In this document: positions 38,722 to 47,116 of the stretch, piece by piece
Layout: every line of letters starts with the position of its first letter
Position numbering within the stretch: the first letter of the stretch is position 1
Assembly: GCA_038257355.1 (NCBI GenBank)
Contig: JBBSJK010000004.1
Coordinates: 8,637-72,636, forward strand
Length of the DNA stretch: 64,000 bases
Reading direction: 5' to 3'
DNA from: Pyrinomonadales bacterium
Lineage (GTDB): Bacteria > Acidobacteriota > Blastocatellia > Pyrinomonadales > Pyrinomonadaceae
Made by a program: the position numbers and the translations under genes
Notes under the pieces: generated by a model
The model's input: only the letters and a program-made list of their open reading frames with translations
Told to the model about the DNA's origin: nothing
Database searches by the model: none

Positions 38722-41046
38722 ATGAATTTACGAAGTTTTTTCTTTCTCGTAACTTTCGTCACATTAGGTCCGGTGGTTCCTGCAAATCCTGGATATGAGT
38801 ATTTCAGGCTCCCGAGTGAACCTTTTATTCGCATCGGCTTGTCTACGAATTCCAATTCCGTGTCGATAACGACGACGGATTCGACACTGGTTGCGATTAG
38901 CCCGGACGAGCCTAATAAGCTGCTTGCGACGACGCGGGTAACAGTCGCCGCCCGAGCCTATCAGCCGCCGGAGGTCGAGAACTTTCGCATCGAGTTTCAG
39001 AACTTACCATCTCAGACGGATGCAAATACTTTGGCTAAAGACATTCGCGATGCAACCGGTGAGACCGCTCTGACTAGCATAGACCCGTCGACAAATACAT
39101 GGAGAGTGTGGGTTGGCACGGTGAAAGAAACGAGTCTCGACGCCGATGATCTCAAGGGCAAGTTGGCCGAAAAAGGATTTGATGACTCAGTTGTGATTAT
39201 CGAAAAAATGAGGGTTGTCTCGGAAGATGCCATTGCCTTGTCACAGCAGTTGCGGATCGCCGGCTCGTCTGAGGTGCGAAGCCTGATCACACCCACCGGT
39301 TCGGCAAGGCCAACCCTTGTCGGGCCGGTGGCCGGGAATCTTCGCGAGGTGATTGTCAATGGCCCCAGCGAGAGTGCAAAATATTCGTCGCTCAAATCGG
39401 TCGCCTTTGGCTCGCTGAATGAGCGGGCAAACCCGGTCCTGCTTAACGGCAAGGCGTATCGTGGCAAGATCGAGGTTTTTGTAAATGCGCGCGGTTCGCT
39501 GACGGTTGTCAATGTAGTGCCGCTCGAGGACTATTTGCTCGGCGTCGTGCCTGCGGAGTTGAGTCTGCCGCAGATCGAGGCTCAAAAGGCGCAGGCTGTC
39601 GCCGCCCGGACATACGCCATCGCCAATATCGGTGGTTACGGGAAACAGGGCTTTGATATGGTGCCGACCGTCTGGTCTCAGGTTTACAAGGGCGTTTCGA
39701 TTGAATCGCGAATGGGAACTCAGGCCGTGCAGGAGACCCGCGGCATCGTCGCCACATATAACGGAAAGCCGATAAACGCATATTATACATCGACATGCGG
39801 CGGACGTACCGAGAATTCTGAGAACATTTTCGATCACGCCGAGCCTTACTTACGCGGTGTCGAATGCTCGCTAGAGGGGAGGCGCCATTTTGAACCGTTT
39901 CTGATAAAAACATCCCGCACATCGGCTAAGGTTCGCGAAGAAGGCAATCTCGATCTCGTCCGCTTGATGTCCATGCTTGCGATAAATGGCTTTCAACTTT
40001 CGACCGGACAGATGACCGACGACTGGTTTGAGGACGTGCCAACTGAAAGCGAGATGTCCAATTGGCTCAACAACATCGCTGGACGGTTTGGTAAGACCTT
40101 TCCAAACATAACTCGCGAAACGGCAAAGCCCGCTGAACTAGCGAGGATGCTCACTGGCATTATCTACCCACCTGAATTTGCCGATACTATGCTCAGCGAT
40201 TCTGATGTTAACTACCATCTTTCCTTTGACGATGCAGCCGAAATACCAAAAGAGAGGCGGGCCGATATCGCCATTCTACTGCGTGATGGCTATTTTACGA
40301 TCCATCCCGATCAGACACTAAAGCCGAACCGGCCATTTACTCGGGCCTTAATGCTTCGTCTTATTCGTCAAATCTTTGAAAAGAAAAAATGGATGCCCAC
40401 CCTTGAGAGCGGCGTTACAAAGCCGACCGCCGACGGCAAACTGATCCTCAAAACTGGTCGCACTGAGCGGCAACTGAATGTCAGGCCCGATGTATTTCTA
40501 TTTCGCGAATTTGGTGGAACGATGTATCCCGTCCGAGAGGCCGCGATTGTCGGCGGTGAGCAGGTAAACTTTCGGCTCGACCCATCCGGAGCGATCATCT
40601 ATCTGGAAATCAAACCGATCGATACCCCGACAACCGCCGAAAATAATTCATCCTTTGTTTATTGGAACACCTCACTCTCGCCCGTCCAAGTCCAGTCGCG
40701 CCTGTCGAGATACGTCCGGGGCATCGGCACTCTGTATGACCTGAATATCAAGCGAAAAGGGTACTCACGACGTGCGGTCGAGCTCGAGATCATTGGCTCT
40801 AATGGAACAAAAATTCTCAAAGGCGGCAAGATCCGCTCGGCCCTCCGCCTAAACGAGCAATTGTTCGTCATCAACAAACGTTATTCGGGATCAAATGTCA
40901 CGGGTTATACCTTCACCGGCCGCGGCTGGGGCCACGGCGTCGGAATGTGTCAATATGGCGCCTTTGGCCTCGCAAAAATGGGTATAAAATACGACGAGAT
41001 CATCAAGCATTATTACTCCGGCGTCGAATTAACGAAAGCTTTCTGA
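38722..41046 (+). CDS. SpoIID/LytB domain protein (with SPOR-like region)
   Basis: 'YTSTCGGRTEN' and 'GRGWGHGVGMCQYGA' SpoIID signatures. Confidence 0.9.
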   Translation: MNLRSFFFLVTFVTLGPVVPANPGYEYFRLPSEPFIRIGLSTNSNSVSITTTDSTLVAISPDEPNKLLATTRVTVAARAYQPPEVENFRIEFQNLPSQTDANTLAKDIRDATGETALTSIDPSTNTWRVWVGTVKETSLDADDLKGKLAEKGFDDSVVIIEKMRVVSEDAIALSQQLRIAGSSEVRSLITPTGSARPTLVGPVAGNLREVIVNGPSESAKYSSLKSVAFGSLNERANPVLLNGKAYRGKIEVFVNARGSLTVVNVVPLEDYLLGVVPAELSLPQIEAQKAQAVAARTYAIANIGGYGKQGFDMVPTVWSQVYKGVSIESRMGTQAVQETRGIVATYNGKPINAYYTSTCGGRTENSENIFDHAEPYLRGVECSLEGRRHFEPFLIKTSRTSAKVREEGNLDLVRLMSMLAINGFQLSTGQMTDDWFEDVPTESEMSNWLNNIAGRFGKTFPNITRETAKPAELARMLTGIIYPPEFADTMLSDSDVNYHLSFDDAAEIPKERRADIAILLRDGYFTIHPDQTLKPNRPFTRALMLRLIRQIFEKKKWMPTLESGVTKPTADGKLILKTGRTERQLNVRPDVFLFREFGGTMYPVREAAIVGGEQVNFRLDPSGAIIYLEIKPIDTPTTAENNSSFVYWNTSLSPVQVQSRLSRYVRGIGTLYDLNIKRKGYSRRAVELEIIGSNGTKILKGGKIRSALRLNEQLFVINKRYSGSNVTGYTFTGRGWGHGVGMCQYGAFGLAKMGIKYDEIIKHYYSGVELTKAF

Positions 41047-41085
41047 AGTTATTAGTTTCGTTGAGCGAAATGCCCACACGACCAG

Positions 41086-41922
41086 ATGTTTACAATTGTG
41101 CGGTCACGCAAATTATTCTACTTGATGGTGATTTTGACGGTGGCTTTTGGCGCCGTCACCGTATCAAGTGCACAGACCACGCAGACTGAAAAGACTGCCT
41201 TGGGGTCAAAGACAGCAAGAGAGGGCTTTAAGAATGAGACTGAGATTGCTGTAAAATTTAACAATTGGAGGACTGATGAGGACGCCAGGGCCTGGCTCAC
41301 TGTGATGAATTACAAACTCGGCGAGATCGAAGCGGTTGCGGCGACAAAGCCGCACGGGGCCAAGGCGGATGTCGTACTCAGGATTAATACTAAGACTGGC
41401 GAAACGCAGCAGGGCATTTCGATCAAGCTCGTGAGCAGCCCGAACGGTTTTAATCAGATCGACAAGCGCTGGCTTGCGACCTACGCCAAGATGTGGCGAA
41501 TGCCCGCCGACGTGCACACGGCACTAAAACTCTATGTCGGCGAAACACCGCCCACAAAACCGAGTCGCAACCCCAAGCGGATGTTTATAAACGAATTAGA
41601 CGCAGCGACCCGACAGGCGATCGTCGATTTTTTCACTGCGAATAAAGATGAGATAGTCTCGGATTTTTTTGCGGGTGACGGCAGTCTTGCTGCGGGCTGG
41701 GTGATGGTGGCGTTTAAGGCCACCGAGCAACCGCGCTGGATCATTCGATCAACCGCCGATACTATCAAATTCTTCAGCGAGGGCAAGGTCGAGATAACCC
41801 GTGCCGGCAATCTAAAAATAGGTCGCGTCACCATGCAACGAAAAGGCGGCGACGGCGGCCGCGAGACGGCGAAGATGCTGCAGTTTAAGTTCAATCCAGT
41901 TCAACTGTTTGATGCAAAATGA
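41086..41922 (+). CDS. HinP1I/MspI-family restriction endonuclease-like protein with an N-terminal Sec signal peptide
   Basis: 'LGSKTAREGFKNETEIAVKF', 'KADVVLRI...GISIKLVSSPNGFNQIDKRW' and 'GRVTMQRKGGDGGRETAKMLQFKF' parallel the remembered R.HinP1I sequence. The N-terminus 'MFTIVRSRKLFYLMVILTVAFGAVTVSSA|QT' is signal-like. Confidence 0.7.
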   Translation: MFTIVRSRKLFYLMVILTVAFGAVTVSSAQTTQTEKTALGSKTAREGFKNETEIAVKFNNWRTDEDARAWLTVMNYKLGEIEAVAATKPHGAKADVVLRINTKTGETQQGISIKLVSSPNGFNQIDKRWLATYAKMWRMPADVHTALKLYVGETPPTKPSRNPKRMFINELDAATRQAIVDFFTANKDEIVSDFFAGDGSLAAGWVMVAFKATEQPRWIIRSTADTIKFFSEGKVEITRAGNLKIGRVTMQRKGGDGGRETAKMLQFKFNPVQLFDAK

Positions 41923-42020
41923 GATTTTCACGTAGTCAGATTATCGGATCGGTGATACTGCTTGCGGTGATATTGGCATTTGGGGCCTGGCGTTGGTATT
42001 CCGTGGCCGGTTTAGCTTAG
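41919..42020 (+). CDS. Possible 33-aa single-TM micro-ORF, translationally coupled (ATGA) to the nuclease-like gene
   Basis: My own translation gives MRFSRSQIIGSVILLAVILAFGAWRWYSVAGLA*. It is below the ORF-track size cutoff. Confidence 0.3.
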   Translation: MRFSRSQIIGSVILLAVILAFGAWRWYSVAGLA

Positions 42021-42229
42021 TCTGATTCACCTTTTTTAACCTGTTTATTGTCCATTTGAAAGATTGTAATTGCCGTGCATGAGATCGAGGATGATGTGGG
42101 AATTGTAAGATTTTGGAAATTTATACAGTGCGAACAAAAATGAAAAACGTGCGGCAGCTGTTAGTTTTTTAGGGTGATTTTTTTTGCATTTTAAACTTTA
42201 CTTAATTTTGGGTGTTGGGAATCTAATTT

Positions 42230-42251
42230 AAATGTGGCACGTGCCACATTT
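42230..42251. repeat. 22-bp perfect palindrome 'aaatgtggcac|gtgccacattt'
   Basis: Read directly. It lies in an AT-rich ORF-free region. Confidence 0.9.
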
Positions 42252-42349
42252 TTTGCATCTATATTTCCTGAATGACGGTATTTATTGGGGTTCGCTATAC
42301 AACTGCAGTTGTGACACAGTCGAAATGACAGAGTTTGGTACACGGAAAA

Positions 42350-42436
42350 ATGTGTTACTTGGGTTAATTTTGGCTTGTTTGGTACAGTTATTTGTAAGAT
42401 TGGTGAAAGGTTGTGATGCCCAAAAAAACTGTACCA
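42350..42436 (+). repeat. Noncoding element sharing ~62-67 nt with window positions 5-71, plus a 10-bp-stem hairpin
   Basis: Identical 12-mers 'tttggtacagtt' (37-48 / 42378-42389) and 'ttggtgaaaggt' (60-71 / 42400-42411) at 23 vs 22 nt spacing, with 'atgtgt' and 'ttgggt' collinear upstream. 'tggtacagtt' (42380-42389) pairs with 'aactgtacca' (42427-42436). Confidence 0.75.
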
Positions 42437-42687
42437 GGGACTGCCAAAATCGCCAATTACGTACAAGGGAAGTTCCTCGCTACAGGTCTCAAAAGGGTAG
42501 TAGGCGGTTTGAAAAAGACGGTCAAACCGTTTCTCTGAACTCCGCGTCGTACTCGGCGAAATCCGCGATAAACGAATGTTGCTGAGCCAAAGATTGTGGG
42601 AGCTTTTTATTCACACTGAACCAGTACCCTCAAAAACTTAATCCACACACGCCAATGAGATTTTCTGTGCTAATCTGAGTCAAATCT

Positions 42688-43611
42688 GTGGTTCCAAATC
42701 TCACTAAAAATCCAATCTACGCGATTGCGGGCCCGACCGCATCCGGCAAGACCGGGCTGGGTGTCGAATTGGCCCTGCGTATAGGCGGCGAGGTCGTCAA
42801 TTGCGATTCGGTACAGATTTATCGGGGCATCAATATAGCTACTGCAAAGCCGTCTGAGACGGAAAAAGGCGGTGTGCCGCATCATTTGATCGATTATGTG
42901 GACCCGAATATTAGCTATACCGCGGCCGACTGGGCGGCCGACGCAGCAGCGAAGATAACTGAGATCGAATCGCGCGGTGAAACTCCGATCCTTGTAGGCG
43001 GAACCGGATTTTATTTACGCACACTTCGCCAGCCGCTTTTTGACAGCCCGAAAACAGATGAAAATTTGCGTGAGCGTCTCGGTTTAATTCATAAAACACG
43101 TGGGCACGGGTATATGCACGCGATGCTGCGTCGGGTCGATCCGGCGGCAGCCGTGAAATTGCCGCCGCGTGATTACGTCCGGGTTATTCGCGCTCTTGAG
43201 GTGTATTTTCAGACTGGCGGGAGGCTTTCTGACCAGCAGTCAAACCGAGCTGTGCCACCTGATTTCGCATCACGGATTCGTCTGTATGTACTAAATCCAC
43301 CTCGTGCCGAGCTATACGATAAGATAAACCGTCGAACGGAAGAGCATTTTGCCGCCGGATTGGTCGATGAGGTTAAGCATCTGCTGGAGCTTGGCGTCAG
43401 AGACAGTGGTAACGCCCTCGGGGCCCACGCCTACCGGCGGGTTTGCGAATACCTGCGCGGTGAGAGGTCTCTGGAATCGGCGATCGAGCAGTCGAAACAG
43501 GATGTCCGTAATTATGCAAAACGTCAGCTAACATGGTTTCGACGTGAGCCGGATGTGATCTGGCTCAATGGATTTGGCAATGATGATGCTGTTCGCTCCT
43601 CTCTTTTTTAG
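42688..43611 (+). CDS. miaA: tRNA dimethylallyltransferase
   Basis: 'IAGPTASGKTGLG', 'NCDSVQIYRG' and 'YAKRQLTWFR'. GTG start. Confidence 0.95.
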   Translation: MVPNLTKNPIYAIAGPTASGKTGLGVELALRIGGEVVNCDSVQIYRGINIATAKPSETEKGGVPHHLIDYVDPNISYTAADWAADAAAKITEIESRGETPILVGGTGFYLRTLRQPLFDSPKTDENLRERLGLIHKTRGHGYMHAMLRRVDPAAAVKLPPRDYVRVIRALEVYFQTGGRLSDQQSNRAVPPDFASRIRLYVLNPPRAELYDKINRRTEEHFAAGLVDEVKHLLELGVRDSGNALGAHAYRRVCEYLRGERSLESAIEQSKQDVRNYAKRQLTWFRREPDVIWLNGFGNDDAVRSSLF

Positions 43612-43767
43612 AACTAATTTTTCAGCAGTAAATATCTGATAACCTGCGGCGAGGCGACTTAAAAAAGGTGAATGACGCAAAAATATCTTAAGGCGGCTAA
43701 ATCTGATATAATCGAAAAACATCCCGTGGTTTTTTACTTGGAATCAATGATTCGTTGAGGATTTGTT

Positions 43768-44001
43768 ATGGAAAAGCAGGTTGCGCAAAATATTCAGGAT
43801 GCCTTTTTAAACTCGGCCCGCCGCGAGCGCATCTCGGTGGTTATACATCTTTTACAAGGGACGACGATCTCGGGCCGGATCAAGAGCTTTGATAAATTTT
43901 CGGTTTTGCTTGATGTTGGCGGCCCTGACGCATTAATATTCAAGCACGCAATTTCCTCGATTTCGCAGGAACGGCGACCGGCACCTGACCACTCATCTTG
44001 A
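43768..44001 (+). CDS. hfq: RNA chaperone Hfq
   Basis: 'NIQDAFLNSARRERISVVIHLLQGTTISGRIKSFDKFSVLL...IFKHAISSI' covers Sm1/Sm2. The miaA-hfq synteny is classic. Confidence 0.95.
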   Translation: MEKQVAQNIQDAFLNSARRERISVVIHLLQGTTISGRIKSFDKFSVLLDVGGPDALIFKHAISSISQERRPAPDHSS

Positions 44002-44624
44002 AGGGAAAGTTCATCACGTTTGAGGGGATCGACGGCAGCGGCAAATCTACCCAGCTGGGAATGCTGGCAGCGAATTTGAGCGCCCACGGAGTCGATCTGA
44101 TAATTACCCGCGAGCCTGGCGGCACACCGCTCGGCCGTCGCTTGCGCGAAGCTTTTCTGGAGACGCAGGAGATTGTCGCACCGATGGCTGAGCTGCTCTC
44201 ATTTGCCGCCGACCGGGCACAGCATGTTGAGCAATTGATCAAACCGGGCCTGGCCGCTGGCCGCATCGTTATTTCTGACCGCTATGCCGACGCCACATTT
44301 GCGTATCAGGGCGCCGGACGCGGCTTTCCAGAGGATAAGGTCTTGCAAGTGATCGACCTCGCTACTGGCGGATTAAAACCCGATCTGACACTATTTTTTG
44401 ATATTTCTGTTGAAACTGCGATCAAGCGGATGGACGCTCGCGATGAGACACATGCGAAAAAGAACCGCATGGACGGCGAAACTGCCGAGTTTTATAACCG
44501 CGTCCGCAACTCGTATCTCGGCATCGCCGAGCGTGAGCCCGAACGCTTTCGAGTAATCAACGGTTCAGGAGAGATCGAGAGTATTCAAACCGAGGTTATG
44601 GCGTTGGTGACAGAAAGGCTTTAG
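43998..44624 (+). CDS. tmk: dTMP kinase
   Basis: 'FITFEGIDGSGKSTQ' and 'DRYADATFAYQG'. The TTG start overlaps the hfq stop (TTGA). Confidence 0.93.
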   Translation: MKGKFITFEGIDGSGKSTQLGMLAANLSAHGVDLIITREPGGTPLGRRLREAFLETQEIVAPMAELLSFAADRAQHVEQLIKPGLAAGRIVISDRYADATFAYQGAGRGFPEDKVLQVIDLATGGLKPDLTLFFDISVETAIKRMDARDETHAKKNRMDGETAEFYNRVRNSYLGIAEREPERFRVINGSGEIESIQTEVMALVTERL

Positions 44625-44719
44625 AGTCCCGGAAAGGGAGAGATTTGGCCGCTTTGCGGTGAAAGAGGGAGTTTTCAGACACCTTATCCCTTTCAGAGAC
44701 AAATAAATAATTTTGACGA

Positions 44720-45754
44720 ATGCTAAAGAATCTCGTTGGAAATGAACATGTCAAGCAAACTCTGCGGCACTTGATCGCCAAACGCCGCGTGCCTAATTCA
44801 CTGCTGTTTGCGGGTGACGACGGCATCGGCAAGCGTCAGTTTGCGATTGAGATCGCTAAAAGTTTTGTCTGTACGGAACCAGCCGGAGGCGAGGCGTGTG
44901 ATGTCTGCCCGGCGTGCCGACGGGCAGGAGCTTTTATCTATCCAAAATCCGACGACCGGGACGCCCACAAACGTCTCATATTTAGCGATCACCCAGACAT
45001 TGGCACTGTGATTCCCTATAACCGCAATATTTTGGTCGATGCCGTCCGGCATCTCGAATCTGAGGCTAACTTTCGTCCATACGAGGCAGCGGCCCGTTTT
45101 TTTATCATTGATGACGCTGATAAAATGAACAATTCAGCGTCAAACGCCCTGCTTAAAACGCTTGAGGAGCCGCCATCGACCACGCACATATTTCTGATTA
45201 CATCGAGGGCTGATTCGCTGCTGCCGACGATCCGTTCGCGTTGCCAGACGCTGAGATTTGCACCGGTCGCTGATGACGAGATCGAGAGATTTTTGACCGA
45301 GGACCGGGCATTTACACCAGACGAGGCGAGGCTCGCGGCCAGATTGTCGCGTGGCAGCATCGGAAGGGCGGTCTCGATAAATGTTGCAAAATTTCGTATT
45401 AGCCGCGATCGGATGCTGGCGGTGGTGACAAATGTGATCGAGACAGGCGACCGTGCCGCATTGCTTAAAATCTCAGAGGAGCTGAACGATGCCAAGAACA
45501 AAGACGGCTTTGAGGATAATCTAGATACGCTGCAATCTCTGATCCATGACGTCTGGTCTCTGCGGGTAGGCGGAGACGAGGCCCGGCTGGTCAATGCCGA
45601 CCTCTCAGACAAACTCGCCCGCCTGGCGGCAGACGCCGGTTCCGCCGATATGCCTTCTTGGCTGGCGGCGATAGACACAATGCGAGAGAATTTTGCCGTC
45701 AACATTAATCGCAAGATCGCGGCAGACGCCCTATTCGTGGGAATGGCCGCTTGA
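44720..45754 (+). CDS. holB: DNA polymerase III delta-prime subunit
   Basis: 'LLFAGDDGIGKRQFA', Zn module 'CDVCPACRR', 'FIIDDADKMN' and 'SRCQTLRF'. Confidence 0.85.
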   Translation: MLKNLVGNEHVKQTLRHLIAKRRVPNSLLFAGDDGIGKRQFAIEIAKSFVCTEPAGGEACDVCPACRRAGAFIYPKSDDRDAHKRLIFSDHPDIGTVIPYNRNILVDAVRHLESEANFRPYEAAARFFIIDDADKMNNSASNALLKTLEEPPSTTHIFLITSRADSLLPTIRSRCQTLRFAPVADDEIERFLTEDRAFTPDEARLAARLSRGSIGRAVSINVAKFRISRDRMLAVVTNVIETGDRAALLKISEELNDAKNKDGFEDNLDTLQSLIHDVWSLRVGGDEARLVNADLSDKLARLAADAGSADMPSWLAAIDTMRENFAVNINRKIAADALFVGMAA

Positions 45755-45776
45755 CAGAAGCTGTTACAATACCTAT

Positions 45777-46622
45777 ATGCAAAAGTATTTTCTCCTCGGA
45801 TTCGTTTTTGTTTTTTCTCTCTACACCCCCGTTGCGGGGCAAACTGCGGCGCCGACGCCAAGGATATCGGTTCCCGACATCAACGGCCGGGCGATCTCGC
45901 TTGTTAAACCGGCATTTCCGGAAACCGCCGTCGCCGCCCAGGCTGACGGCGCGGACGTAAATCTCAAGGTCGTCGTCAACGAGAATGGCGATGTGGTTTC
46001 CGCCCAGTGCTCGCTAAATTGTCATCCGATGCTCAAGGACGCAGCCGAATTGGCCGCCGCGACCTCGAAATTCCGGCCGCTGATAAATAAGGACGGCCAG
46101 GCCGTCCCGTATGAAGGCATTCTGCACTACACGTTCGTCGTTGATCGCATCGACTGGTTCCGGTTCGGAACGTCATTCGAATCGATACGGCAGTTCGACA
46201 ACATCTCACTCGGGCCTGCGGCACAGATACTCTCAAAAAAATTCGCGGACGAGAAAGCACGGCTCTTGGCGTTGGATACCAAGGGAACCGCCCTTGAAAC
46301 CCGTTGGAAGGTTATGAGCGAGGTCGAGGCTTCGCTCAAAGAAAAGCTCAAAGACGGCGATCTTTGGCGGTTTGAGATCGGCATGGGCCTTCGGCTTGTG
46401 ACGTTTTGGACAATGGCGGGCGAACGAACGAATCGCACCGATCTGCAAGCCGCAATCGACAAACTTCCTAAGATAGTTGCCGCCGCTCCTGCAGACATTC
46501 CGGCCACAACCATCGAAGCACTGATAGCCGTTTCAAAATATCGCGTCCCTGCCGATCTGCCGGAACGCGAGCTGCGGCAGGCGATATCCAACATGACCCG
46601 CGGCATTCGCATCGAACAGTAA
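45777..46622 (+). CDS. Exported protein with a TonB-C-like domain
   Basis: Signal '...PVAGQT'. 'LVKPAFPETAVAAQADGADVNLKVVVNENGDVVSAQ' resembles the TonB C-terminal fold. The ATG at 45777 is preferred. Confidence 0.55.
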   Translation: MQKYFLLGFVFVFSLYTPVAGQTAAPTPRISVPDINGRAISLVKPAFPETAVAAQADGADVNLKVVVNENGDVVSAQCSLNCHPMLKDAAELAAATSKFRPLINKDGQAVPYEGILHYTFVVDRIDWFRFGTSFESIRQFDNISLGPAAQILSKKFADEKARLLALDTKGTALETRWKVMSEVEASLKEKLKDGDLWRFEIGMGLRLVTFWTMAGERTNRTDLQAAIDKLPKIVAAAPADIPATTIEALIAVSKYRVPADLPERELRQAISNMTRGIRIEQ

Positions 46623-47078
46623 ATGCAAAACGCCGAATCGATCTTGAACGTCATCGAGTTCCCTAAAGAGAGGCGTCCCGGAACCGAGCGGGTCCTTGCC
46701 GCATTAGGAGCAACCGCTCTTATCGGCGGCTCGGCTACGGTCGCGTTTTTCGATCCTGCAAAGGCTAATTTTTTTCCCGTCTGTCCGCTGCTTGCATTGA
46801 CCGGTTTTGCGTGTCCGGGCTGCGGGCTAACTCGCGGTTTTCACGCACTTTTTCACGGCGACATCATCCCGGCTCTCGATTTTAATCTGCTGGTGCCGGT
46901 CTGGGCGGCGATTTTTGGCTGGGTTTTTATTTCGCTCGTGCTGCTGGCGGTTCGCGGCCGTGGACTGTATATGTGGCCGACGAAACCTGGGTTTATGGTG
47001 ACGTTTTTGATCGTCCTGCTAACCTTTGGAGTGCTGAGAAATATTCCGCTGTGGCCGTTTACGATTCTTTTCCCTTAA
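46623..47078 (+). CDS. DUF2752 domain membrane protein
   Basis: 'CPLLALTGFACPGCGLTRGFHALFHGD' signature. Confidence 0.8.
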   Translation: MQNAESILNVIEFPKERRPGTERVLAALGATALIGGSATVAFFDPAKANFFPVCPLLALTGFACPGCGLTRGFHALFHGDIIPALDFNLLVPVWAAIFGWVFISLVLLAVRGRGLYMWPTKPGFMVTFLIVLLTFGVLRNIPLWPFTILFP

Positions 47079-47116
47079 CACAAGATTAGCGCTTGCACCT
47101 TTGCGTTGAAAAATAA

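Noticed and set aside
41086-41922. Classical type II R-M system
   Set aside because: I found no methyltransferase-like ORF (no SAM-binding FxGxG or PC/ENV C5-MTase motifs) adjacent or anywhere in the window. The ORF also carries a signal peptide. It is reported as an orphan exported nuclease-like gene instead.
1-42411. The two copies of the shared ~65-nt element as boundaries of a 42-kb island
   Set aside because: The interval is filled with core housekeeping genes (sdh, carA, lepB, hppA, plsC) and has no integrase, transposase or tRNA.
42191-42585. 91-aa (minus) and 117-aa (plus) ORFs in the AT-rich tract
   Set aside because: They have implausible Cys/His/Asn/Phe-rich composition, they read through the palindrome and repeat words, and the minus ORF needs a TTG start. 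I treat the region as noncoding.
45016-45861. 281-aa ORF on the minus strand
   Set aside because: It lies entirely antisense to the well-supported holB CDS. Its composition is Ser/Arg/Ala-rich and low in complexity, typical of a shadow ORF, and I recognise no motif.
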